Positions 22,705 to 34,691 of a DNA stretch of 64,000 nucleotides are shown here, one piece after another; the first letter of the stretch is position 1, and every line of letters begins with the position of its first letter. The stretch covers positions 872,638 to 936,637 of the forward strand of contig NW_005434656.1 of assembly GCF_000315625.1 (NCBI RefSeq), read 5' to 3'. A model generated the notes under the pieces. That model ran no database searches and had not been told where the DNA came from. It saw only the letters and a program-made list of their open reading frames with translations. This DNA comes from Guillardia theta CCMP2712. Taxonomy: Eukaryota > Protista > Cryptophyta. The translations under genes were made by a program, and so were the position numbers.

Positions 22705-25502
22705 ATGGCAAATCCGCCTAACTTGGCGCTGGTGCCCGTCGGAGCAGCAGCGACGAATCAAGTGAAGAATGGCTTCCACACCAAGACATGGGGAGATGGA
22801 AGCAAGTGAGTGTTCATATAAGTTTTTCATTGTTTGCTGTAGAATTCCCATCGACTTCCCCTCTTTTGACACTCTTCACGATGCAGGTATCAAGGGGAAT
22901 GGGTGGATGATAAGATGACCGGTCGAGGGTTTATGATTTGGGCAGACGGCAGAAGATATGACGGGGAATGGTTGGAAAACCGTTGCAACGGGCGGGGGGT
23001 CTTGACGTACAAAGACGGTCGGAGGTACGAAGGGGAGTATAAGCTAGACAAGATGCATGGAAGAGGTGAAAACTCTAGATGCCTGAAATCTCACGACCGT
23101 TTTGATTCATTGTCTGCCACACTCAGGCGTCTACTTGTGGGCTGAGGGTGCTCGCTACGAAGGGGAATACAAGGAACACAAGAAACATGGGCGGGGGTTG
23201 CAGACATGGCCAACTGGAGGAAGGTGTGATATTCTTAGTTTTTCGTGAGTTTGACGATTTCTTGGCTAATGAACGATTTTTGGTCAGGTATGAAGGGCAA
23301 TACATCGATGGAACTCAGACTGGAATGGGTATCATGACTTGGGCTGATGGTCGACGGTATGAGGGTGAGTGGTTGGATGGAAAGTGTACCGGACGCGGAA
23401 CTACAACCTTCAAGAGTGGAAGCCGCTATGTTGGCGTTTACCACGAGGACAAAATGAATGGCTATGGCATCTACACCTTTGCGGACGGTCGAAAGTACGA
23501 GGGGGAATACCGCAACAACATGAAAAACGGGTATGGATGGCTCCTCTCCCCTCCCTTGCGATTGTTGTGATGTATGGCATTCTCAGGCATGGTGTCTACA
23601 CCTGGGCTGATGATGTCAAGTTTGATGGACAATGGACGGATGGCAAACCGACCAACGGAATCCTCATCTTCCCAGATGGAACAAGGAGTGACAAAGTCAA
23701 GCCACGAACTGGAATGTCCAACGATGAGACACTACAGAAGTTGCATGAAGATGCGTGGAAGTAAGTCATCCCTCGGATCCATTGAAGTGTGCTTGCTGAT
23801 GCATGCTTGGTACAGGTGGAAGACCAGTGACCAGGAGGCCTGGAAGCACGAAGGAGGCAACGCGTTTCCTCCTCTCAATGGACATCATGTCGTCAAGGAA
23901 GAGGATGGCTCCCGATACGAAGGAATGTTGGTTGATAACAAGAAGACCGGCAAGGGAATCATGTATTGGGCAGACGGAAGGGTGTATGAGGGTGATTGGC
24001 TGGAAAATCGATATCATGGCAGAGGTGTGTTAACCTACAAGGATGGGAGAAGATATGAGGGAGAGTATATTCATGATGCCATGCATGGATACGGGATTTA
24101 CACATGGGCTGATGGCGCTAGATATGAAGGTGAATATCAGCACAATCGCAAACATGGGCGTGGAACGCAGATCTGGTCAACAGGCGGCAAATACGTCGGT
24201 GAGTACAAAGATGGAACGCTGACCGGAAGAGGAGTGATGACCTGGGCCGACGGCAAGCGATATGATGGAGAGTGGAAACATGGAAAATGTACTGGCAAAG
24301 GCGTTCTAACGCACGCTGATGGGAGGAAATATGAAGGAGATTACCTCATGGATAAAATGCACGGACGTGGGGTTTACATTTGGCCAGACGGCGCCATGTA
24401 CGAAGGCGAATATCGCGACCACAAGAAGCATGGATTTGGCATCCAGACCTGGGCCAGTGGAGGCAGATATGAAGGGGAGTACGTCGACGGCCAGCTGACA
24501 GGAAAGGGGAAAATGTCTTGGGCCGATGGAAGGAGATATGAGGGCGAATGGTTGGACGGGAAATGCACAGGGAGGGGGATAACTACCTTCGCAAACGGAA
24601 GTCGCTACGAGGGAATTTACCATGAAGATAAGATGCATGGATATGGTGATGTTTATCAGAAAATTGTGCTGCCGTGACCTTACCCTGCAGGCGTCTACAC
24701 CTTTGCTGATGGGAGGAGATATGAAGGAGAATACCGCAACAACATGAAGAACGGCTATGGCGTGTACACCTGGTCGGAAGGAACAAGATGGGAGGGAGAA
24801 TGGGTAGCATGCTGCGATTCGTTCATCGCATGTTGCTGATTTTGCTCGGTAGGTTGACGGGAAACCGATAAGAGGGTTCGTATCCTTCGCAGACGGAGTC
24901 AGAACCGATGAAGTCAAACCACGAGAAAACCAGCAGCTCTCCAACGACATGACCCTGCAGTGCCTTCATGTTGAGATGAAGTTGTTGGGCGACGGTTTGC
25001 TGAAATCTGTGTGACAGGATGATGCCAAACAATGGAAAGAGCGCTACGATGCGGAGCATGGTATCATCTCTTCGCTGTTAGAGGCTCCAGCAGCTGCTCC
25101 AAGGCTCACAACGCCAGTGGGGACTGCTGATGAAGACCATGACGGCTCCTTTGTTGACCCGGTAAACTTGGCAACTTCATTTCAATGTTTCTGAAGGAAC
25201 TTTGGCAGACTGCGCAAACAGACCAGATGCTGGATCAACCCGCGGCGCTGATTCATGGGCAGACCCACGGGCCGACTGTTGCTGGAGCCGTGGAGGACTT
25301 CTCCATGGGAGACGAGATGCCAGAAGCGAACATGGAGTGCTCAAGGTTGCTGCTACTGCCTGCCTGCCTGCTCACCCTTGACTGCCTTGCGCGCAGTGGA
25401 GAGCCATCGAACGAAATTCCGTGTGGCGAAGAAGGAGGTTGGGAAGAGCGAGCTTGTCCTGCGCAGCCAGGGCAGCAGAGTCACCAGTATGGTGAGTCTT
25501 AA
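22705..25502 (+). CDS. MORN-repeat protein, multi-exon
   Basis: Over 20 repeats of YEG(E/D)(W/Y)..(G/D)K.(H/T)G.G..TW.DG; two repeat blocks each capped by R.D.VKPR..(M/L)SND.TLQ; 3' end approximate. Confidence 0.92.
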
Positions 25503-25609
25503 GTTGCCACAAGCACCATGGGGAGAACTTCGGGTTCCTGTTCACCTTTTTTTTGACGGTGCACCTCTAATTTTTTTGAGTTTGTGACAATAAAGGTCGG
25601 ATGTCGCAG

Positions 25610-27306
25610 TCATGTAGTGACGGACTTGCTGGGCATGGCAAACGGTTGTTGGATCTCAGGGACGAAAGGACATGGTGCATGGAACGTCAGCTCCTGGTCA
25701 GTACTTGGATGCCTGACACCAGAGTGTCAACCAGCCTCTCTGGGGAGCAGGGGACTTGCTGACCTGAAGCAAATCTGAAAAGCGTGCAGCAGCAGACGCT
25801 TTCCTGCGCCAGCTGTCTCGGACATGTCGACGACCCTCTGGGACCCCTGCCCGATGAAATCAACACAACAAGAGGAGGGGGAGGAGGATCAACGTAGATC
25901 TCGTCTCCAAGGATAGGATGTCCCAACTCCTTCATGTGTACCCGCAGCTGGTGCGACCTGCCCGTTACCGGGAACAGAAGCACCTGGAAATAGCTCAAAA
26001 CCTCATCCTCTGCCTTTCTGTGTGTACCAGCGTGCGAGGAGGGTCTGACAAGACCTCCAGGACCCTTTGAATAACATCAGACGGGCAGCGAAGGATGGCA
26101 AGCAAGTGTGTGAAAGCTGGAAGGGGGCAGTGGGAGGGAGCCTGAGTGAGGAGGGGACGGAGCAAGGAGCAAGACCTGTATCTAGACAAGCAGGGTCTTC
26201 CATGCTCGAAGTCAACTTTCATCCTCCTCACCCAGCACTTGTTGTCTATCTGGGAGGCCTCGTCCTAACAATTTTCAGATCAGTGAGCTGCCAGAGCCAC
26301 TATTTTCTCCTCACCTTCCCTATAGGATAGTCTATAGTTCCCCATGTCGGCTCCAAGTCGGACGGGCTGACGGGGGCAGGGACGACGCCTTCCACCATGG
26401 CAATGTACAACTTAGTCACCAGCTTGTCCTCGAACGACCTGGATCTGCCGAGAACCAGGATCAGCAGAGCTTGCTGAGTCGCACAACCCAACTCAACCGC
26501 CCGCCAGAGGAGGTGGAGGAAGGCAAGGGAGGGGAGGCAACGACTAGAGCAAGTACAGTCTCCGATGACTCTCTTTGTGCCTTGCAAACACGAGAACCCC
26601 CGACGTGTCCCTGTCTAGCCGGTGGACGCACGTGACACCGGGGTAGGCCTGTGGAAGGAAGTAAGAGCTCTGACGACGCGGGCCTCTCCTCGACCATCTC
26701 CAGGCGCGTCAGCAGACTGTCTTTGTTCTCTTGCCTCACCCCGGGCACCGTCAGGACTCCTTCAGCTTTGTCAACCACCAGGATCTGCACGCCATATCAT
26801 TCCATGCGCACGGGAACGCTGATACTCACATCATCATCTTCATGCAAGAGCCTCCAACCCTTGGAACCTACTAGCGTGCCGGGAGCATATCAGGCATATC
26901 CTCCAGTCAGTCCAGGTATTTCACGCGTACCTGCTCCCTTCTCAGCCACCACAGGATCCGTAGTTGCTTCTCGACGTACTGCTCCGCTCTTCGTCAGCTT
27001 CCCTTCCTTATACGTGTATCCCATGTCTACCAACTTGCGAAACGATGGGCCGCCAACTTTGATCAACTTGCCATTCACAGGTGACCGTATCCTCTCAGCC
27101 TCGCCCTCCTCAAGAGGGGCAGGATCCGACTCTCGGCTCTTTCCCTTGTAGTGATGCATGTCCCGCCTGTCTCCTTGAGGTCTCCTGCAACGTCTGCCGA
27201 TGACCGCTGGGGTGACAAGGAAACCTTGGGTATTCATGAAGAGGAGGAGGAAGAGGAAGCTGCACAAATGTCGTCGATTTCTGCTTCGAACTCGGAGATC
27301 GCGCAT
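25610..27306 (-). CDS. RluA-family RNA pseudouridine synthase, probably plastid-targeted
   Basis: [82 protein letters not shown]; N-terminal signal [15 protein letters not shown]. Confidence 0.92.
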
Positions 27307-27733
27307 GGTAAATATAGCAGATAGGGTCGATAACAAGGGTGCCGCAATGCTCAGCGCTTAGAAGACTCGAGAGCTCAGAAAGACGATCCCTTGCCTTTCT
27401 TACAGAAAAACAAAGTGGTTTTGGTAGAGTGGAGAGGGGAGGGGAGGAATATGCTGAAGGTGAGAACGAGGGCAAGAACGGGAATTCTTGAAGGGATGGG
27501 TCAGGTGATGGCTGGGAAAAGGAGCACGAGAGGGCTGGATAAGGGAAAGCAGGCAGAACGAGACACTGTACAGGAGGGAAGGGAGGAAGGAGCAACGGGG
27601 TGACTATAGGCAGCTGGGAAGGATAGGATGGAGGGCAGCAGGTAGCAGAAGGCTTGCGGGAGCCCCAGGAGCAAGAGCAGGGAGGGGGCGGATCGAGCCC
27701 AAGGCGGGCCCGCCTGTCGACTCGCAACTTGCA

Positions 27734-27764
27734 CGTACTGATTTTTAACTTAACTTTGAGTAAA
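27734..27764 (+). repeat. Dispersed 31-bp motif CGTACTGATTTTTAACTTAACTTTGAGTAAA, copy 1
   Basis: 30/31 identical to 44223-44253; reverse copy at 47485-47516. Confidence 0.85.
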
Positions 27765-28124
27765 CGCAAGTACGTGTGTTAACTATACTTGTTGGGAAGG
27801 GTGGGACCGAAGAAGCCGTGACTGTGGTGACCTCGTGACCCACCCTCACCGGCCCCACCCCTCACAGGACTACCCGGTGGTTTGTTTTGTAATGACCCTA
27901 CCCTTTCCGCCTATGAGGATCGAATTGTTTGACTGGTCGGAATTACTGTAGTAAAGTCATGTGGATCAAACGAAAAAGAATGAATTCGGTGTGTTCTATC
28001 TCATGCTGACGTCGATCTTTGCTCCTCTAGCCAATATCGCGGCCCATAACATCCTGTCTCCCCTACTCCCTGTGTTCTTCAGTTCTCCTTCCTCCTCCTG
28101 CATTGCGCTCCTGCTCTCCCCTAC

Positions 28125-28650
28125 TTGAACAGCTTCTTCTACCCTCTCCGAGTTGCCAGCACAAGGTCCTTCACTGTCCTACATCTTCCTACTTACAAGG
28201 AGGCGGGTGCAACAGATGACCTTGACAAGCACACCACAGCCGCACATACAGGAGCCACTGGAAAGAATGAGCTCAGATCCCATTCTAGTAAGACGAATGA
28301 GCATGGGATACTGGATTCGAAAGGAGAGATGCTCACACATGAAGGGTGAGTTCCGTCGAAGAGCTTCAGGCTGTCAACAAAACAATCTTCTCAGCGTGTC
28401 ATGCACAGAGTGCATCAAATGCAGCCAAAGTGACGGGATCAACCTGATAGAGGACTTGAAGCGGTTCAAGATCAGGAACGCGCTTTGTGCGTCGATAGAC
28501 CGAGAGGGAAACCTGCACATGAAGGGAAGTCACCAGGTCTATCTTGCTTCGCATACGCTGCTCGAGGCATCTATCGACTGCAATGGCAACTTCAAGCATA
28601 AGGGAGAATCAAAATTTGCTCTAAATTTTCAAACGGGGTGGATCTTGTGA
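28125..28650 (+). CDS. Hypothetical protein with short internal repeat
   Basis: ASIDREGNLHMKG / ASIDCNGNFKHKG / LDSKGEMLTHEG resemble a repeated unit; GTGAG donor near 28347. Confidence 0.3.
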
Positions 28651-28889
28651 CTTCAAATCTTGCTGTCCACCCACACAATGTATGTATGCTAAGTAATAAA
28701 CTGCAACTCAACATGGTTGTGCATGAGATCTTGGTTGCTTTTAATATCATATATGATTATGTTTAATACGATTGAAGTGCAGGAGTCTGCTTCAAAGCAT
28801 TCTATTGTTGATTGGAAGACACACCTTTCAACCCGATAAATCTGATGATACGCTTATCTATCAACTCACAGCTCATCCAGGCTGCAGAC

Positions 28890-29190
28890 CTGCAGTGCCG
28901 TTGCAGGCACCTTTTGAGGTTTCAGCGAGTCTTCTTCTGGCCTTCGGTTCTCTTCAAGCTCTTATGTAAGACTCGGATTCCGCATACTGGAACGCCGCCG
29001 ATGGCCGCAACTTTCAAGGACAGCAGGGAGTCAAGTTGAGCTGACTGAAGACCCTGGACCGGATGCAATTACAACTGGGTCGCCGGATCCTTCAACGACA
29101 GACATCAGATGTTTGTGCTCTTCACAAGATGGTGAAACTAGAGTCGCACAGATTCCCGATAAACAATATACTCTCAGACTCAAAGCTCTT
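28890..29190 (+). mobile_element. Degenerate LINE (non-LTR retrotransposon) RT C-terminal relic
   Basis: Frameshifted peptides LFKLLCKTRI../ILE.., KTLDRMQLQLGRRILQ, ESHRFPI resemble the post-RT region of LINEs; diverged DNA similarity to 29630-29770 and 44056-44192 (inverted). Confidence 0.45.
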
Positions 29191-29629
29191 CACCTGCCCA
29201 TCGCTGGGGGATCAGACAGCATTCCGAATCCTCCGGGCCGACTCTGCTTGTGTCTCGCAAACTCCGACAACTGATACCTGAAACGGTTCACTCATTGCCA
29301 CCGCCGTCACTCCCGGCCGCGCGTCAGTCCCTGAGGCCGACCAGACGGTCCGACGGTCCCTCCAGGGGACCCTCAGCCTTCGATGAGCTCCGGCCGAAAA
29401 AGATCTTCCACTCCCGTCGGATCGCTGCCGATCGCCGTGTGAGAATCTCAGGAACGTTTTCACGGTGTTTTAGTGCAACCGTACCGCATCATCCAGCACT
29501 GGGAGGCCAGTAAAGAGAGACTGTCATGGTACGGCATGAGTGAGGCCCAGACCAGGGCGAAGGATCAGATGCTGTGAACTTTCTGTGGTGGCTGGCGGAT
29601 CGCTCGGCGAACCGTTGAAGGAAACGGCA

Positions 29630-29770
29630 GCGCTGGATGGTCTCTCGGCCACTTTGCCAGACGTCTCAGGTGATCCGACTTGCAAACGCATCCGGTCCAG
29701 ATCTTTCGTCAGCCCAAGGCCTCCCTGTTCTTCGCTGCCATCATCGCGGGTGCGTTCATGTACGGTATGC
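29630..29770 (-). repeat. ~135-bp dispersed repeat (LINE-relic family), copy A
   Basis: Near-identical to 44056-44192 (AGCGCTGGATGGTCTCTCGGCC...GCGGGTGCGTTC). Confidence 0.9.
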
Positions 29771-30031
29771 GTGACGGTACCGAGTGCGTTCAGGTATGCG
29801 TGACGTGGTATCGGACAGTGACCGCATGTCGGCTGCCCGGACTGAAGAGCGGCCACTGCCCGGCCGGTCATAATCGCCCGGCGGGCCGGCTGAGGGTCAG
29901 ATGGGAACTTGGCGTGACTGACTCAGTCAGAAAGCAGAGGACTGAGGAGTCACTTAGAAGTTGACTTAAGTCTGAGCTATTGAAGTCAGCTGATACCTGT
30001 CGGGGCTAATGGTACTAATAACGTGGTACTA

Positions 30032-31000
30032 ATGATGGTACTTATTGTACCATTGTGGTACCATAACGGCCCCTCCGAGTCATCCTCGACTCTTCCTCCC
30101 TCCCCTCCTCAACCTCCTCCTCCTCAAGCGGCAGAGACCGAGGAGGCCTCCCATCGGCCACTATCTTCCATCCCCCCTTTTCCCCCACGGGCCCCTCAGC
30201 TTTTTTTGTCTCTCGTTTCCTCCCCCCCCCCCCCCCTCCTGATCATACCTCTGTCATACGACCCTGGTCGTGTTGCATTCCAAGAAGTCACCAATCTTCC
30301 CGCTATGGAGCATCCAGACCCAAACTCCTTCTCCCTCATCTCAGGTCGCCCTGATACCGTCACATTTGCTGAGAAAGTCATGTGTCGTTTGATCGGATCA
30401 TGCGCCATGGAGGATGAACATGTTGGTCGTTACAACCAGGACAGTTCAGAACCCGACAAACAGCACCATAACCACGGACATCATCACCATCAAGATCATC
30501 GTCATCAAGATCACCATCAAAATCGTCTCCAAGATGAACATCGACAAAATAAACATCGACACCAAGATCACGACAAACACCATCAAGATCAACACCAATG
30601 CCAACATGAACATCACCGTCAACACCATAACCACGGCCAACATGATCACCACCATCACCAAAATCACCACCAACACGATCAGCAAGATCAACACCATCAT
30701 CATCACCCACACCATCTTCACCATCACCACCATCACGAACAAGATCACCATCAGGAAGGAGACAGAGCTGTCAGCTGTGGCTTCTTCATTGATCGCTACG
30801 AGCAATGGACGAAACAGCCCGACGAGTTTCTTTCCCACTCCGAGAGGAAGTATCATTTTCATATCCATCATGATGGAGGGGCGCAACAGCACACTTCCCT
30901 CAACTTCACCCGGTCGAACATGACAGCAACCCGCAATGGAATGATCCCGCTGTTCGATCAGGTGGAGGCTCCGGTGTTCATCAAGCGGGAGGTGGCATAG
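30032..31000 (+). CDS. Hypothetical protein, possibly with His/Gln/Asp-rich tract (tract may be intron)
   Basis: 325-aa open frame; complex sequence on both sides of a CAY/CAA-rich block 30460-30755. Confidence 0.4.
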   Translation: MMVLIVPLWYHNGPSESSSTLPPSPPQPPPPQAAETEEASHRPLSSIPPFPPRAPQLFLSLVSSPPPPLLIIPLSYDPGRVAFQEVTNLPAMEHPDPNSFSLISGRPDTVTFAEKVMCRLIGSCAMEDEHVGRYNQDSSEPDKQHHNHGHHHHQDHRHQDHHQNRLQDEHRQNKHRHQDHDKHHQDQHQCQHEHHRQHHNHGQHDHHHHQNHHQHDQQDQHHHHHPHHLHHHHHHEQDHHQEGDRAVSCGFFIDRYEQWTKQPDEFLSHSERKYHFHIHHDGGAQQHTSLNFTRSNMTATRNGMIPLFDQVEAPVFIKREVA

Positions 31001-31539
31001 ACAAGATGCAGCTTGTTAGACTACAAGGAGATGAGATGTGTGCTCTTGACAGGATGATGAATGAAACTAGTCAGCATTGCCCAAGGTTTGCAAACAGATT
31101 GGCCCTGCCTCATGTCTGAGACTCTTACACTCAAGGCTCTTCATGCCTATTGGTAATAGCAGTCTCTGCATCAGACGGCAAGTTGTTGTATCGACGCTGA
31201 GATGTTCAGAAACGCTGATGAAACCTCTTGTGACATGAGACTTAGTCTTCTTACAGTACCTTCGAACCTTAGATGCTCACCGGCCAAGACAAGGTCTAAG
31301 ACCAGCAGGGCAGAGCGTGCGGACTGTTCCCCGAGCGCTCCAAAATATTTTCCGAGCTCTGCGCGGACAGGAAGAAGATGGATGGCAAAGAGCTCGACCC
31401 ACAGCACTCGATTCTAAATCGGGTAATCCCGATCGTGAAGGTTGAGGGGTCGACATAGTACAGCGAGATGCTTGAATGCTTGTTTACAACAAACTCACAT
31501 CGCTTGCAAGACAAAGGACCGCTACTCTCTTGCTCTCCT

Positions 31540-34448
31540 CTAGTACGTCCTGCCCCACAGCACCCAGCACTTAGCTGGCTTGCCAGAGATGAAGCAGGGG
31601 GTCCCTGCAGGGAGGTCAGGCTGGTCGAAGGGGATGCAGAGGGTCTTGGCAGCGGCGCTGACAGCCGTCCTCTCATCCTCCGTCTCTCCCGCCGAGAGCT
31701 TCTCCTCCTTGGATCGCTTCTTGGCCGTCTCCTCCCACTCAGCCTCGTCGCAGAACGGAGTAAGTGCCATGCATCCCGCGTCGAGAGCTGGCACGAACTC
31801 CTCCCACTTCATCACCGTGCGAGTGCGCGTGCTGTGCTCGTCCTTGGCTCGCTGGAGCATCTTGTGCTGAATCAGCTCGAGCTCGAGCTTGAGCTTGGGG
31901 ACGATGACAGACAGCGGCACATCCTCCTTGCTGTTGTCAAGGCGGCGGACCATCCTCACCTGCTTCTTCTCGAGGTCCTTGGGGCCCAGCTCGAGGCGGA
32001 TGGGAACTCCCTTCTGCTCCCAGTGGTTGTACTTCCATCCCGCCGTGTAGTTGGAGCGCGTGTCGATGTCCACGCGGATGCCGGCGGCTCTCAGCGACTC
32101 CACCAGCTCCTCCGCCTTGCTGTTCAGCTCAGCCGCCGAGTCCTTGTAGACGACGGGGATGACGATGACCTGGACGGGAGCGACGCGGGGAGGGAGGACG
32201 AGGCCTTGGTTGTCGGCATGGATCATCACCATCACACCGATTGTGCGGGTCGTCATGCCCCACGAGTTCTGCCAGGGGATCTGCTTGGAGCCCTTCTCGT
32301 CCTCGTACTCGATCTTGAACATCTTCCCGAAGTTCTGCCCGAGGTTGTGCGACGTGGCCCCCTGGATACCACGGGCAGTGGCGGGGATGAAGGCCTCGAC
32401 GGTGGTGGTGTAGAAACCTCCCGCAAACTTCTCTGTCTCTGTCTTTTTCCCCTTCACCACAGGAACAGCCAGCAGCTCCTCGTACACGCGGCGGTAGAGG
32501 TCGAGGATGTCCAGCACCTCCGTCGCTGCGGACTCGAGGGACGAGTGAGCGGTGTGACCCTCCTGCCAGAGGAACTCGCGGGTGCGGATGAAGGGGGTGG
32601 GGTTCTTGAACTCCCAGCGCACGACGTTGCACCACTGGTTGAGCTTCAGGGGCAGGTCACGATGCGACCGGATCCACTTGGCAAAGGCAGGGTACATGAT
32701 GGTCTCAGAAGTGGGGCGGACGGCGATAGGATTCTCCAGCTCGGACTGACCTGACTTGGTGACCCAGGCGACCTCGGGGGAGAACCCCTCGATGTGATCC
32801 TTCTCGGCCTCTAGAGCCTTCTGAGAAACGAACATGGGGAAATAGCAGCCCTGCACGCCCAGCTTCTTGATCTCCCCGTCGAGAAAGGTCTGGATCTGCT
32901 CCCAGATGGAGAAGGACCAGGGCTTCAGGATGTAGCAGCCGGAGATGTCGTAGTAGTCGATCATGTCACTCCTTGTGATCACCTCCGAGTACCAGTTGGC
33001 AAAGTCCTCCTCCTTCTTGGCAGTGATGGACAGGAGGGTCTCCTTCTGAACATCCTTCTGGCCCTCACCCTTGGCAGCCTTCTTGTCCGCTCCTCCCGCC
33101 TGCTTCGGCTTCGCCGCTGCATCCGACGACGAGGCTTCAGCATCGCTGAAGTCAAGGATCTTGGGAGGGTGGCCAACGGCTTCAAGGAACTTGACAAGGT
33201 TGTCGGCGGAGATGGAGGTGCTCTTATCGTTGTGGAGGGGATGTAGCCACAGTGTCTGCTCCTTCATGAGATCCTTGTCGATCGCAAACGTGCACTTGTT
33301 CTCTGTGTCGTTGATCGCTGCAAAGGGCGTGACCTGTCAAACACCTTCAGTCTCCCTATCGCACGACCCGCCAGGCTCACCGAGCCCTTGATAACTTGGA
33401 GGACACTCGCCAAGTACTCGTCGCCTGCCGCCATCTCTCATCAGATCACTTACATACGTAGACTCCGAAACAGACCAGCAAAACGGCACTCGGGAGCTCC
33501 GAGCTTCTTGGACAAGAGCTTCATGTCGATCTGATCGTACTGTTATCACCAACAAACAACTCCGACCCGCTGCTCACCTTGGATGCCGATTGAGTGGTGA
33601 AGCAGAACAGATCTCCTTTCTTGCTCTACTCAAGCTCACTCTCCATGAAGCACAGCAAAAGTTGTTTCTCACCTTGAGGAACATGTTCTTGCAGCGTCCA
33701 GAGGCCGGCTGAAGTCCGCACTCTTCAGCAACACTATCACGACGTCAGAACGTCGCAGGGGATCAGAGAGGAGAAGAGAAGAGGAGAAGAGGAGAGGAGA
33801 CGATGAGGAGAAGAGGCAGAGAGAAGAAGTACCTCTCAACATCTTCTGCTGTAAAGCATTGCTTGTGTTCTTTGGTCACTGTAGGAATGCCTGAGGAGGC
33901 CACCACCGTCAAAAAGTTGTTTCTCGTGATCAGAAAACGATTGTTATTGCTGCCAAAACGGCAAGACTAAGATATTTCATTCTAATATTTCACAAAATTT
34001 CTCTGGCCATAAACATCGACACGCATGGTGTATTAACAACACCTACAGGTACTGCTCGTTTTTCCAAAGTCACAACTCAAATGCACGTCTCTTCTTCAGA
34101 AACAATCTGCGATCAATCTACTTTCTGTTCACGATGACGTTTCATAAAAGACAAGTGAAAAATATCATTCCTCACACAATCAGTTGCGCACTGTTGTATA
34201 GAGCACTTCTCGTCACAGAGCAGTATCTGTTGTCTACCTAGCCCCACGTAATCTCTTTCATATTTTCCCTTGACTCAACGACAGCATGATGGTTCTCTCA
34301 GAAACATCTCCTCCTACCGTCCTCTTCTCTCCTCCTACTCTTCGATATGATCCTCCTCCTCCTCCTCCTCCTCCTCCTCCTCCTCCTCCTCCTCCTCCTC
34401 CTCACCGAGTTCCTTCAGCTTCGCGAACAGCATTTCTTGCTTCTCCAT
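31540..34448 (-). CDS. proS: Cytosolic (eukaryote/archaeal-type) prolyl-tRNA synthetase with N-terminal ProXp-ala/YbaK-type domain
   Basis: Core: DFANWYSEVI, RPTSETIMYP, WCNVVRWE, FIRTREFLWQEGHT, QGATSHNLGQNF, C-terminal WGRTY. Upstream exons MEKQEMLFAKLKEL|GIP..EH|CKNMFLK|SKKGDLFC|IDMKLLSKKLGAPECRFA|LQVIKGS|VTPFAAIND..HPLHND. Confidence 0.97.
34351..34402. repeat. (CCT)n microsatellite in first ProRS intron
   Basis: Direct reading. Confidence 0.95.
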
Positions 34449-34691
34449 GGCCGCCTATGCCACGCACGCCCACCCCACCCGACCCCACCCCCTTCATTTG
34501 CTAGGCAAACACCCCTACAATGAATATTGAACCACCCCCTACCACCTCACCGAGACAATTGTCAGAGTACGGGTACGTCCTGTTGGGGAAAAGGATCACC
34601 CTACCCCTAAATGTTTTTGGAAAAAAAGGGGGTAATGATGAAAGAGCGTTACTCGCATAACCGTCATGTTGGTCCGTTGCCGGTGATGCCA

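Noticed and set aside
29690-29730. CTGACGA on minus strand suggesting a hammerhead ribozyme in the dispersed repeat
   Set aside because: No stem II followed by GAAA; core incomplete.
31468-32754. 428-aa plus-strand ORF
   Set aside because: Antisense shadow of the GC3-rich ProRS exon; no independent motifs.
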